A stretch of DNA of 64,000 nt from an uncultured virus (IMG/VR IMGVR_UViG_3300046468_001198) (Duplodnaviria; Heunggongvirae; Uroviricota; Caudoviricetes), in the IMG/VR virus record IMGVR_UViG_3300046468_001198. One strand, given 5' to 3'. A model generated the notes under the pieces. It did not search any database, was not told the origin of the DNA, and saw only the letters and a list, made by a program, of their open reading frames with translations. Shown piece by piece: positions 8,464-17,922 of the stretch. The stretch's first letter is position 1. Each line of letters opens with the position of its first letter. Both the position numbers and the translations under genes were made by a program.

Positions 8464-8770
8464 CTTCTTCACCATTAACAATAGCATTGTGAATTGCCAT
8501 ATAACCGCAATCCATACCTTTCATGTACATACCAGGGTCGAATCCAAATACATCATATAATGCATAACGATAAGAGCCTTTATCTTTCAGTTCGGCTTGA
8601 TGAATACGCTTCACAACAGCATAGAACGCATCTTCACGTTCTTGTTCAGTTAAGCCGTTCCACCAAGTGTCATTATCGTGCTCGTAAATCTTGCGAGACT
8701 TTTCCATCTCTTGTGAGAGGTCAGCGAGACCGTCTAGTGCCTTGCTACGCTTTTTATCTTCTTCACTCAT
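8447..8770 (-). CDS. hypothetical protein
   Basis: GSYRYALYDVFGF...GMDCGYMAIHN. Confidence 0.75.
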   Translation of the reverse strand: MSEEDKKRSKALDGLADLSQEMEKSRKIYEHDNDTWWNGLTEQEREDAFYAVVKRIHQAELKDKGSYRYALYDVFGFDPGMYMKGMDCGYMAIHNAIVNGEEDDTTN

Positions 8771-9168
8771 TAAGATAGTCCTGTAATCATCTTATAGTTA
8801 TCCCACGCTTTCTGTTGTGCGGGATTATGTTCTTCTTCAGGCACAACACATTCCAACCAATAGTAGGGCATCCGCGGAGGATGAGCTCCAAACTGTCGCG
8901 GCTGATGAAACTTGCCGCCTTCGTACAATCGAATAGCTACGTTGCGATAAATTTCGCTTGCTTCTTCGTCTGTTGCATTAGGCTCCGCTTCTGCCCACTC
9001 GGCATTGCTCATTCCACCGTAGCGATATCCGTCCCAGATTGCTCCCCAATGTGCATCATCGTGCGGATCAAAGTCTGTGCGAGCAATAATTACTAGTACA
9101 TCATCGTAGTCTACCCGTGCTTCTACGATATCTCGCATACAGCGACTAAGGCTTAATCCAACTTTCAT
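8770..9168 (-). CDS. hypothetical protein
   Basis: ORF chain. Confidence 0.75.
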   Translation of the reverse strand: MKVGLSLSRCMRDIVEARVDYDDVLVIIARTDFDPHDDAHWGAIWDGYRYGGMSNAEWAEAEPNATDEEASEIYRNVAIRLYEGGKFHQPRQFGAHPPRMPYYWLECVVPEEEHNPAQQKAWDNYKMITGLS

Positions 9169-9751
9169 CTTTTACCTTCTTAGCAATAGTCTTATGAATC
9201 CCAGGATTTACCCTGAGTACGTTTGGCATCATCTCATGTCTAATATAGTTACGAGTATAACACGTATCAGCGTTGCTGTCATCCTCAATATATTCAACTC
9301 CGTGTAAATTTGCCCAAAGCTCTAATTCTCGTTTTTTGTTTAGACGGAACGGACGAATAACATTTTTATTAGCATAAGGAATAATTTTGCCGGTGCCGTG
9401 CATACTTGACCATACCCAAGTTTCGACACAATCGTCTAAATGATGTGCTGTTACAACAGGAGCATTAATACTGTGAAAGAACTTGTATCGTTCTGCCCGC
9501 CAAAATTCTTCTTGGCTTTCTCTATTATGCTTTTTACGATTTATTTTGCCGTATATGAATCCACAGTTGTATCTTTTTGTTTGTTTACTAACAAATTCTA
9601 ATGCTTCTCTACTATGACCAGTTTCATGATCAAAAAAGCAAACTGTAACATCGTGATTATTACTTAAGAAGTCAAGTGCGGCCATACTATCAATACCGCC
9701 TGAACATGCAAGATAAATTTCGCGAGGAAGTTTATTTTGAATTTTGATCAT
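9146..9751 (-). CDS. tilS: tRNA(Ile)-lysidine synthetase, short form
   Basis: SGGIDS PP-loop, TAHHLDD.VET, IRPF, DDSN...YTRNYIRH. Confidence 0.88.
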   Translation of the reverse strand: MIKIQNKLPREIYLACSGGIDSMAALDFLSNNHDVTVCFFDHETGHSREALEFVSKQTKRYNCGFIYGKINRKKHNRESQEEFWRAERYKFFHSINAPVVTAHHLDDCVETWVWSSMHGTGKIIPYANKNVIRPFRLNKKRELELWANLHGVEYIEDDSNADTCYTRNYIRHEMMPNVLRVNPGIHKTIAKKVKDESWIKP

Positions 9752-9950
9752 CGCACCATTCCGTGTGCTTTAGGATTTCAACATTCTGTCCAACCCCACG
9801 AGTTTTAAGATACTTTTGTTCAATTAAACTGTCGATAACTGATTCAGCAACATTATGTAACTGCCACCGGTATCCCATGTATAGTCCTGCTCCTGTTCCT
9901 ACAATATATGTAAATAACAACCAGCCTGTATTTGCTGTGAACAATTCCAT
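9732..9950 (-). CDS. small membrane protein
   Basis: N-terminal TM helix, AGGAG SD. Confidence 0.7.
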   Translation of the reverse strand: MELFTANTGWLLFTYIVGTGAGLYMGYRWQLHNVAESVIDSLIEQKYLKTRGVGQNVEILKHTEWCDDQNSK

Positions 9951-9951
9951 A

Positions 9952-10194
9952 TTACACTCCTTTATCAAGAATATTTTTTATAATTTGTTCTGCTTCTGGA
10001 TATTCAGTCATTTCTGATATGAATTCATCTTCAACATAGTCAAGCCATGCTAGTTCATTCTGAACGGCTTCATTACGTTCTTTGTCTGCCGCATTAAACA
10101 ATGCATTTGCAAAACTATTATTCCAATCTGGATATGAATATGTGAAACTAGCACTAATGCCATTAAAGGGTGTAGTATTCGGGGACTTGGCCAT
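9952..10194 (-). CDS. hypothetical protein
   Basis: GGAGG SD, ORF chain. Confidence 0.7.
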   Translation of the reverse strand: MAKSPNTTPFNGISASFTYSYPDWNNSFANALFNAADKERNEAVQNELAWLDYVEDEFISEMTEYPEAEQIIKNILDKGV

Positions 10195-10411
10195 GTACAG
10201 CCTCCTTGATTCGATTGTTTACGTTTAAGGTGTGTTTACATTTACCACGAAAGGTAAAGCCGGGACAGTCACAAGTAAAGCCTTTAGGCTCTAGTGTGAT
10301 GTCATATGTACCTGTGCCTTTTGAGTTAGGTTCTTTCCACGTTAGACCTTCAAATAGATCACGTGCAAAGTCAAAGTCAGGTTTGAAATATGATTGTTTG
10401 AACTTAGCCAT
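10163..10411 (-). CDS. SWIM zinc-finger protein
   Basis: FTCDCPGFTFRGKCKH. Confidence 0.85.
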   Translation of the reverse strand: MAKFKQSYFKPDFDFARDLFEGLTWKEPNSKGTGTYDITLEPKGFTCDCPGFTFRGKCKHTLNVNNRIKEAVHGQVPEYYTL

Positions 10412-10412
10412 G

Positions 10413-11153
10413 TTACACCTTATATAGTTTTACGTAGTTAAGACGTGTTTCGTTTGCACTAAACAGTTTATTCTTGCCTTGTGCTTTTACTTTTGCTTTG
10501 ATACGTTTCATAGTACCTACTTCGTGTTCGAACTTGTTCATAAACGACAAAAGGTTGCCGTCCATAACTGCTGTGTAGTTATAGCTCTCCCACTGTGTGC
10601 TGTAACGCTTGTCTAGTATCTTAATAACACCTTCAACAACATCTTTCTCTTTGCCTAGGTATTGACTGTCACGATACTCTACACGAATCTCTTTTGTAAG
10701 TCCTGTTTCATGCTGATCACGTTTTACAAACTCAGGTATAAACGCAACACGGCCTAGGTTGTTTACTGGCACAACATCTGCTGATACGCTGTTAATCATA
10801 TCACGTTTGAAGCCGTCTAAGTCAGCAAGTCCTAGCATTACATATCGACGCATCCACTTTTGTATTTCAGCAACTTGCTCATAGTCCTCTTCTGTTGGAA
10901 TAGGAGCCACATAGTCCATAGGCAAGTAATCAGGGTCACCGTGATATGCAAACTTTACAATGTCTTTGTTACTAAATTGTGTTTTATTATCGGGCTCTGA
11001 AAAGCGTCTGGTGTCCTTGATGTAGCCACCATTGATACGTTGTGCGGCGCAAGCCACTGCAAGTGCTTCTTGTGTAGATACTGTTTTCAAAGGAACTATA
11101 TCCTTGTTTACTCTATTTGCCCAACCAATTGGATTATAAATTGTTGTTGTCAT
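10413..11153 (-). CDS. hypothetical protein with probable C-terminal OB-like domain
   Basis: 246 aa ORF ending ETRLNYVK; own promoter. Confidence 0.75.
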   Translation of the reverse strand: MTTTIYNPIGWANRVNKDIVPLKTVSTQEALAVACAAQRINGGYIKDTRRFSEPDNKTQFSNKDIVKFAYHGDPDYLPMDYVAPIPTEEDYEQVAEIQKWMRRYVMLGLADLDGFKRDMINSVSADVVPVNNLGRVAFIPEFVKRDQHETGLTKEIRVEYRDSQYLGKEKDVVEGVIKILDKRYSTQWESYNYTAVMDGNLLSFMNKFEHEVGTMKRIKAKVKAQGKNKLFSANETRLNYVKLYKV

Positions 11154-11188
11154 ATTCTGTGCCTCTCATTTGCCTAATTATTATAACT

Positions 11189-11216
11189 ATTATAGCATCT
11201 ACTACTGATTTGTCAA
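11189..11216 (-). promoter_or_regulatory. sigma70-type early promoter
   Basis: TTGACA-16 nt-TATAAT. Confidence 0.75.
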
Positions 11217-11591
11217 CCATTCTTTAAATGCTTGTAAGTTATTGATGTTTAACGGTAAGAACTCATCTGGTACTTTAGTTACTTTAGAACGATATCCATC
11301 AATGATATCCTCAACTTTTTCAAGTACTTGCGCACTAGTATGATGCCCGATCCATTCCGAAAAGCCTCGTCCGTCTTGTTCAATATCCCAGTCAAAGTCT
11401 GTTTTGATTGCTTTTTCTAAGTTATCCACAGCTTTCTTTGAACCATAAAACGCATAGTCAAATTGTGCTAAATGACTGCGAGCAGAGTAACTGTTTTGAT
11501 AGACACCCAAACGTACATCTGGGTGACTTGTTTTACCTGCTTTGCTATCATCTGCGCCAAGCGGATCTTGGAAGATGTATAGTAAATGCAT
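11202..11591 (-). CDS. GIY-YIG/T5orf172-like protein
   Basis: LYIF...KAGKT..PDVRL..YQ...LEKAIK...SEW pattern. Confidence 0.55.
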   Translation of the reverse strand: MHLLYIFQDPLGADDSKAGKTSHPDVRLGVYQNSYSARSHLAQFDYAFYGSKKAVDNLEKAIKTDFDWDIEQDGRGFSEWIGHHTSAQVLEKVEDIIDGYRSKVTKVPDEFLPLNINNLQAFKEWLTNQ

Positions 11592-12754
11592 TATACTTTC
11601 CAAACATAGTCTGCCGGCGGAAGTGTAGCACGATTAACTTTTTGATTGTACAAGTTAACTAACCCGTCAACAACACGAGTCTTGTCGTGTTCTGCAGGAC
11701 GGCCTGTGCCTTTGCTATTGTAGTAGGCATCCCAGTAGCTTTCCTTGATAGTTTCTTGTACAGTTGTTGGATCGCCGTATGTATCAACTAACAATGATTC
11801 TAGCTCTTTATCAAAGTTAGCATCTAATGCAAGTCCTTGTGTTGCCGCTTTGTGATACAAGATACTTAACGGACGAAACACCTCCAACTCTAGCGGAGCC
11901 TTAGGCCATACTGTGCGATGGAAGTTTAATGCACGATCCCAATACTGTCCTTTGTTGCCATATGTGTCAGCAAGTTCAAAACACTCTTGCCCACTTTTAA
12001 TCTGTGTAAACGCACCTGCCATAGTTGCATGACGCTTAGGCGTACAGTTGCTTTTGCGTAAAATGTTCATCATAGCAACAGCGTCTGCATCACGAGTTTC
12101 TAGTTTGATCATAAACTCATCATACGGAGAAAGTTTACGCTTGTTCTTAGAGTTAATACGGATCATGTTGTGCCCTGCAAGCCAACAACCGTATTCAATT
12201 CGTTCTGTTTTAGGATCAAACCCTGCTTTTGCAATAGCATCGTCTTCAATAATATCTGTATCAATAAACCATACAGGAAACTTATTATATCCTTTTAAGC
12301 GGCATACTTGGATAGTATGGTGTCCGTCCCAGATACAATAATATTCTTTGCCTTTAATTGTAAATTTAATTGCACAAGGTACAATTACACATGTAGGATC
12401 AAAATCTGAATAAATTTTGCTAGTGTGATTTGGTGCTACATCACGTTGGAAGATAGGCCAAAGATATGCCTGGCTCCAATCAATGTATGTGAATTTTGGA
12501 TTTCGGGCTGTTCCGTTGCCCATTACAATTTCTACTCCGTCACTCGGATCGTAATCAAACGCCTGTGGTTCAAAGTTAGGACCTAGTACTGTTAGAATTG
12601 CTTGATGAATATCCTCTAACGGAATAATACCGTTGTCATAGTTATCAGCCATTGTCCGTAGATCAATAGCATCATCCTTCATATCAAATTGAGTTTTGAA
12701 TTTTGAAACAAATGCTCGAATGGCTTGTTTCTTGTTGACTTTCGTCTTTATCAT
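11591..12754 (-). CDS. ParB-like (DUF6551-type) domain protein
   Basis: FQRDV...CIWDGHHT resembles the ParB YQR...DGQHR motif. Confidence 0.6.
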   Translation of the reverse strand: MIKTKVNKKQAIRAFVSKFKTQFDMKDDAIDLRTMADNYDNGIIPLEDIHQAILTVLGPNFEPQAFDYDPSDGVEIVMGNGTARNPKFTYIDWSQAYLWPIFQRDVAPNHTSKIYSDFDPTCVIVPCAIKFTIKGKEYYCIWDGHHTIQVCRLKGYNKFPVWFIDTDIIEDDAIAKAGFDPKTERIEYGCWLAGHNMIRINSKNKRKLSPYDEFMIKLETRDADAVAMMNILRKSNCTPKRHATMAGAFTQIKSGQECFELADTYGNKGQYWDRALNFHRTVWPKAPLELEVFRPLSILYHKAATQGLALDANFDKELESLLVDTYGDPTTVQETIKESYWDAYYNSKGTGRPAEHDKTRVVDGLVNLYNQKVNRATLPPADYVWKV

Positions 12755-12844
12755 GTTGTACTCCGTTTACTTAATTTCAACATTAGCCTACTTCTATTTT
12801 CAGCTGTACTTTTAATATAACATCTTTAAGGTAGATGTCAACCT

Positions 12845-13048
12845 TTAATTTGTGATTCGTCTACTTTGTATGTGACTGCCAACTACCTCAGTACGAAATG
12901 GACCCATACATACAGTGTCTTGAATGTTTGTTTCCATAAAGTACTCTTCTGGTAGTACCTCAACGATTTTTTCTTCACTCTCGGGTGCTAAAAAAAGCAA
13001 ACCGATTACCGCGATAAAGAATCCTGTTGCGACTCCTTGACCAAACAT
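12845..13048 (-). CDS. small membrane protein
   Basis: N-terminal TM, TAATG coupling. Confidence 0.6.
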   Translation of the reverse strand: MFGQGVATGFFIAVIGLLFLAPESEEKIVEVLPEEYFMETNIQDTVCMGPFRTEVVGSHIQSRRITN

Positions 13049-13569
13049 TAGTTTACATCCAAAGAGTCAGCAATATTTTGGTCAGCGGAACTAAACTGGT
13101 TAGTTAGGCTTTGCTCAACATTAGACGATTCAAGTCTTACAAATGTAACAAACTCGTTACCTTTTTGAAACATATCTTTGTTAAGTTCTTTAGGTGTACC
13201 TACTCTAGCTGAACAAGATGTTTCAGACACAATCGCACCAGTAACTGATGTTAAACTACTACCACCTTTAGAGTTTTGTGTTGCAGTAGATCTAGTCTTA
13301 CTTTTTGCTTCTTGTGAAAGTTTACGACACAAGTCTACAATAGCATAGTGAGTTGCCATGTTGATACTTGCTTCTGGATCGGTAGCTCTACCAATGCCTA
13401 CACCAATATCATCGTCTTGTGGTTCAGTAATATACTTAGGTACTTTGAAGCCGTCTTCTGCTTCAATTTTATCAAGTTCTACCATTCTATTGGCAGACCA
13501 TGGGTTCATTGATGAACAACCACTAAGTGCGATTGCTCCGATTGTTGCTAGTATTAGTTGCCTTTTCAT
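13048..13569 (-). CDS. lipoprotein
   Basis: Lipobox LSGC after signal peptide. Confidence 0.8.
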   Translation of the reverse strand: MKRQLILATIGAIALSGCSSMNPWSANRMVELDKIEAEDGFKVPKYITEPQDDDIGVGIGRATDPEASINMATHYAIVDLCRKLSQEAKSKTRSTATQNSKGGSSLTSVTGAIVSETSCSARVGTPKELNKDMFQKGNEFVTFVRLESSNVEQSLTNQFSSADQNIADSLDVN

Positions 13570-13646
13570 AAGTGCCTCCTAAGCCTTAAGTTCATTATAG
13601 TTATACTATACACTACTTTAAGTTAAGTGTCAACCACTTTTTTAAA

Positions 13647-14120
13647 TTATTCGTCATGAGTCCATTTCAAGTGGCCAATTTTATTCTTTTCTGCCCACTG
13701 TACAAATAATCCTACTTCGCGACCTGCCGCTTCAATTTCCCACGGCTGATCCCAATAATCTAAATTATTACTTACCCACTTACCCTGCCAGCGATGTTTA
13801 GCTATGCGTGTACCTTGATACAACTCGCCACGAGCATATTGCTTTACATGTACCATTTCGTGTGCAACAGTTAGTAATAACTTACGTAACTTCATTTTGT
13901 TGTGGATTTCTAACTCAAATTCACGAGGACGATCTAGTCTCTCTGCGCCACCTTCGGGATCAGCATGACAATATCCGTATGCATTTTCTTTGATATTTTT
14001 TAATCGTATAATGATATCTAAGTCATTCATGCGAGGCATCATTTTTTTCACACAAAATTCTACGATACTTTTTGTGTATTTCTTTTGTGTTGCTGAACCG
14101 CCTTTAATAGTAATGTTCAT
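13647..14120 (-). CDS. zinc metallopeptidase-like protein
   Basis: AHEMVHVKQ (HExxH) and PWEIEA. Confidence 0.85.
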   Translation of the reverse strand: MNITIKGGSATQKKYTKSIVEFCVKKMMPRMNDLDIIIRLKNIKENAYGYCHADPEGGAERLDRPREFELEIHNKMKLRKLLLTVAHEMVHVKQYARGELYQGTRIAKHRWQGKWVSNNLDYWDQPWEIEAAGREVGLFVQWAEKNKIGHLKWTHDE

Positions 14121-14216
14121 ATTGTGCCTCTGCTTTTTTAGTGTATATGTATATAATACACTCAAAAGGCAAGATTGTCAAGAACTAAAAGATTAGCAAA
14201 ATCAATGACTTACAAA

Positions 14217-14435
14217 TTAAAGTCTATATGTTATACGTCCTTTTGTGAGATCATATGGTGTCATTTCTATTCGTACTTTGTCGCCTAATATTAGTCTAAT
14301 TCTAAACTGGCGCATTTTGCCACCTGTATAACAAGTTATGATATGTTCATTATGTATCTTTACTTTGAACATTTGATTAGGTAAAACGTCTACTATTATA
14401 CCTTCGACTTCTAGTAAGTCTGAATTCTTTGCCAA
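14217..14435 (-). CDS. infA: translation initiation factor IF-1
   Basis: LPNQMFKV...[32 protein letters not shown]. Confidence 0.95.
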   Translation of the reverse strand: MAKNSDLLEVEGIIVDVLPNQMFKVKIHNEHIITCYTGGKMRQFRIRLILGDKVRIEMTPYDLTKGRITYRL

Positions 14436-14437
14436 TG

Positions 14438-14629
14438 TTACTCCTTTTCGTCTACTTTAGTTATAATGATAGTACCCTGGTCTCCGATCTCTACTTTAAT
14501 AGTATCGCCTGGTTTCCATCCTTGTGACTCCATTATTTCATCAGGTATTTTCATATTGATGTTTTTGTCATCACCGGGTATATCTGTGAAGATTTCTTCT
14601 GCTTTAAAAATTAGTGGTTTATCATCCAT
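14438..14629 (-). CDS. AbrB/MazE-like small protein
   Basis: [19 protein letters not shown]. Confidence 0.7.
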   Translation of the reverse strand: MDDKPLIFKAEEIFTDIPGDDKNINMKIPDEIMESQGWKPGDTIKVEIGDQGTIIITKVDEKE

Positions 14630-14636
14630 ATTGTAT

Positions 14637-15368
14637 TTACTCTACATTGCTCCAAACATGTCCATAGTATCCTTTACCGTTAGTATCACCGCCGTTGTTT
14701 TCTAATTCTTCGCCGTCGTAAGATATACTATCGATAATGTCTTCACCGTTTGGATATTCAGTAATATAAAACTTTAGTTTTTTAGGATCAAAGTCGCCTA
14801 CTGTTTCGATTACAGCATCAATAAAAGAACCTTTTTCACTCGAATACATTTGACATACATAGTCACCTTGTTTCTCATACCAGTCGTCTTCGGTACTATC
14901 TTGTAATTCAACTTCCCAGTCTGTTTCTTCACCAATTTCATCAATTAGCTCAGAAACATTTTTACTTTCGATAACGTCAGCAATATGTGCCGCTGAATAA
15001 TCGTCCGAAGCAACTTCGTCAACAGTCAACCAAGCACTTCCGTATTCAACACCGTACTGGTGACAAAACTCATCCTCTGCTTCAAACCACTGTTGTTTGT
15101 AGTCTTCGCCTTTTACTTTTAAGAAATCTGCTTCTGGCGGAACTTCGTCGAGATCTTCGTATTCAATATCATCAGGATCATCGTTTACTAGATACTGTAC
15201 AAAGTCTCCATCACCATTTTCATCAATATGGTTGTTCCAAAAGTCGTGTGCTTCTTTTGAAATATTAATGTATGCACCTTCGCCGCCGTACCCATTTACT
15301 GAAAGTCGATAAAAGCGAGGACCTTTGAGAGTTTCTACTAGTTCTGTTTTTTCTTCAGTTGTTGCCAT
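14637..15368 (-). CDS. acidic hypothetical protein
   Basis: 243 aa, very D/E-rich; GGAG SD. Confidence 0.8.
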   Translation of the reverse strand: MATTEEKTELVETLKGPRFYRLSVNGYGGEGAYINISKEAHDFWNNHIDENGDGDFVQYLVNDDPDDIEYEDLDEVPPEADFLKVKGEDYKQQWFEAEDEFCHQYGVEYGSAWLTVDEVASDDYSAAHIADVIESKNVSELIDEIGEETDWEVELQDSTEDDWYEKQGDYVCQMYSSEKGSFIDAVIETVGDFDPKKLKFYITEYPNGEDIIDSISYDGEELENNGGDTNGKGYYGHVWSNVE

Positions 15369-15369
15369 T

Positions 15370-15912
15370 TTAATACTCCATATCGGCTGCCACAATGAAC
15401 CGATCTTTTTCTGATTGTAAGATACCCGGGCGGTGCCATTCCTTACCCGGCCATATTATCCAGTGTCCTATCTTTGCAGGTGCAAAGTGAAAACTATCTG
15501 GATCATTTACACCGTTAGGTGCAAATTCTGTTCCTGCTGTATCCAAGTTAATGTTAGGTGGCATATACAAGTAGAATACACCACTTAACACTTGTGCATC
15601 AGGACGTATATGATTGTGCCAAAGTTTATCTCTATTTTCAGCACGTTGAAGTGATGTCATATATCCCCAGCTCTTAACAGCTCGTATTTGAACTTCTTTT
15701 TGCATATATGCAAAACAACTCCAAATAAAACTCATTTTTAAATTAGTCCAGTGCTGTCCTGGCAAAGTAAAAATGTTTATGTTAGTCTGATAGGGAGGAC
15801 TGTTATGCCAAAATCTACCTTGAGCAACAGTATCCTTAATGTCTCTAGCACAATGCTCTCTTGAGTCATTGTTAATGAGCGCACTCCAATCATAATACCG
15901 ATAACTAGTCAA
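15370..15912 (-). CDS. putative 2OG-Fe(II) oxygenase
   Basis: WHNH...LSGVFYL...GTEF...WHRP...RFIVA. Confidence 0.7.
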   Translation of the reverse strand: MTSYRYYDWSALINNDSREHCARDIKDTVAQGRFWHNSPPYQTNINIFTLPGQHWTNLKMSFIWSCFAYMQKEVQIRAVKSWGYMTSLQRAENRDKLWHNHIRPDAQVLSGVFYLYMPPNINLDTAGTEFAPNGVNDPDSFHFAPAKIGHWIIWPGKEWHRPGILQSEKDRFIVAADMEY

Positions 15913-16453
15913 TTGTTATTTCTTCGTTATCTAAATATGTAATACAGTTTTCAGGTGTTGATGCCACATACGGATCATCGTCAACCCCATCGTTGTTGAT
16001 GCCTGGCTCTTGCCACCATTTCTCTACAACACCATCGTTGATAATTGCCATGTATCGCCAACTGCGTAAACCAAAGCCTAAATGGTTTTTACCAATAAGC
16101 ATACCCATGAATCTTGTAAAGTTTCCTGAGCCATCTGGAATAACTTTCACACGTTCAATACACTGTGCTTTTGCCCATGCATTCATAACAAATGCATCAT
16201 TAACACTCATACAATAGATTTCGTCAACTCCAAAAGATTTAATCTTATTGTAGTTTTCTTCAAAACCTGGTAATTGATATGTTGAGCAGGTAGGTGTAAA
16301 TGCACCTGGTAAACTGAAAAGTACTACTCGTTTTCCTTTAAAATAATCATCAGTAGTTTTGTCTTCCCAACGGAAAGGGTTTGGGCCGTCAATACTATCA
16401 TCTCGGACCCGTGTTTTAAATGTTACCTGAGGTAACTTAAAACCTTCGATCAT
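15905..16453 (-). CDS. peroxiredoxin (Prx5/redoxin)
   Basis: LPGAFTPTCS, SVNDAFVM, RSWRY. Confidence 0.95.
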   Translation of the reverse strand: MIEGFKLPQVTFKTRVRDDSIDGPNPFRWEDKTTDDYFKGKRVVLFSLPGAFTPTCSTYQLPGFEENYNKIKSFGVDEIYCMSVNDAFVMNAWAKAQCIERVKVIPDGSGNFTRFMGMLIGKNHLGFGLRSWRYMAIINDGVVEKWWQEPGINNDGVDDDPYVASTPENCITYLDNEEITID

Positions 16454-16504
16454 ATATATTCTCCTTAGTCAATATGTATATACTAACACCTTTTTAGAGA
16501 TATG

Positions 16505-17083
16505 TCAACCATTAATTAATTTTACTGGGCGTCTAATACCTAAGGCTTTTGAAGATCTATATAATACTACACTAACTTTGTTACTTTGATTTCCACCTAG
16601 TATCCAATAGTATTCAACTCCGTTTACTTCTACTGTACGTAAATAAAATCCAACATGTCCCTTCCATACTTCATTACCTCTAGGAAATATAACTAGGTCG
16701 CCGGGCATTACATCTTCTTTAGATATAGAAATACCGTAGTGCAAAAAACTTCGTGCAGTCAAAGGATAAGGGTGTGGTAAATTTTCCTTGCAACTTTGAC
16801 AATGACTAGCACCGGGAGTGTTTAGACTTGCTAAGTTACTTTCTTCTAGTACGGCATTTACAAATGCCGCACACCATTGAGTATAAACAGGATCAACTCC
16901 TGTAAATTCTTCTATTTCAGCTCGGTGCGTATCTTCATGATAACCTAAATAGTCATTTGCTTGTATTAAAGGATTATTTTTATTAACTTCTATTGTTGCG
17001 GCTTCTGTAGTAGGATCGGAAAGTAGATATGTACTGCATCCAGTGAATAATATTGTGAAAAAAAATGTATAAGTGTGCTTCAT
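16505..17083 (-). CDS. NlpC/P60-CHAP (TIGR02594-like) peptidoglycan hydrolase, possible lipoprotein
   Basis: WCAAFVN, GHVGF, LGGNQ; FTGC lipobox-like. Confidence 0.85.
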   Translation of the reverse strand: MKHTYTFFFTILFTGCSTYLLSDPTTEAATIEVNKNNPLIQANDYLGYHEDTHRAEIEEFTGVDPVYTQWCAAFVNAVLEESNLASLNTPGASHCQSCKENLPHPYPLTARSFLHYGISISKEDVMPGDLVIFPRGNEVWKGHVGFYLRTVEVNGVEYYWILGGNQSNKVSVVLYRSSKALGIRRPVKLING

Positions 17084-17140
17084 AAAATATTTATCTAACA
17101 TAAATACTGTTATATAAGCAAAGCGTGAGGGCGTTTGAAT

Positions 17141-17419
17141 ATGGACTTTCTAACACTTGTTGGGGAAGTCGGTTTTCCTATAGCAGGAGCACTAGCCGCA
17201 GGTGGGTTTGTTTTTCTAACCCTAAAATTTATCCTAGCAGGTGTAACCGACTCAGTAACAACATTAAAAAACATTATAGGTCAACTCGACAACCGAGTAC
17301 AGACTATGAATAATGATTTAGTAAAAATTGATGCTCTCCTAAGCCATGCTTTAGACATTAAACCTAATGTAGATAGAATCGCTGCCAATGAAGGTAAAGA
17401 CGATGCTAGGAGAGACTAG
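17141..17419 (+). CDS. YvrJ/holin-like small membrane protein
   Basis: VGFPIA + TM + coiled coil. Confidence 0.75.
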   Translation: MDFLTLVGEVGFPIAGALAAGGFVFLTLKFILAGVTDSVTTLKNIIGQLDNRVQTMNNDLVKIDALLSHALDIKPNVDRIAANEGKDDARRD

Positions 17420-17785
17420 ATGGAAAATCCAACAGTAGTTATAGAACAAGGAACCACAATTGGTTCAATGGTAAGTGACTATGGATTTCCTATTATTGCC
17501 GCTATAGGCATGGGTTATTTTATCTACTTTATCTGGCAATGGGTAACAACTGTAATTGATCCTGTTATAGGAGAAACAATGGGTACATTAATCAAACTTG
17601 TTGATCGTGTGCGTATGTTAGACAATGACATGATAAGAATGAATACCAAGTTAAGTATGGTTTTAGAAAATGAAGCAAAACTTAACAAAGAGAAACGAAA
17701 AGAGTTAGAAGAAATAGTTCAAAAATACACTGATTTAGATAATGACACCTTCAACTCTACGGGGAATAAAAGTGGAAAAAAGTAA
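17420..17785 (+). CDS. YvrJ/holin-like membrane protein, paralog of upstream gene
   Basis: YGFPII + TM; LVDRVRMLDNDMIR aligns with LDNRVQTMNNDLVK. Confidence 0.75.
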   Translation: MENPTVVIEQGTTIGSMVSDYGFPIIAAIGMGYFIYFIWQWVTTVIDPVIGETMGTLIKLVDRVRMLDNDMIRMNTKLSMVLENEAKLNKEKRKELEEIVQKYTDLDNDTFNSTGNKSGKK

Positions 17786-17922
17786 TTTACAATTACCCAC
17801 ACCGGTCAACAGTGCCTTGGAAACTATTAGCGAAATGGTACGGGCCAATAGTGATTGGGTGTGTGGTATTGGTATTGGTGCGTTGATACTAAGTTTATTA
17901 GCAACCACTGTGTGTCTTGCTA

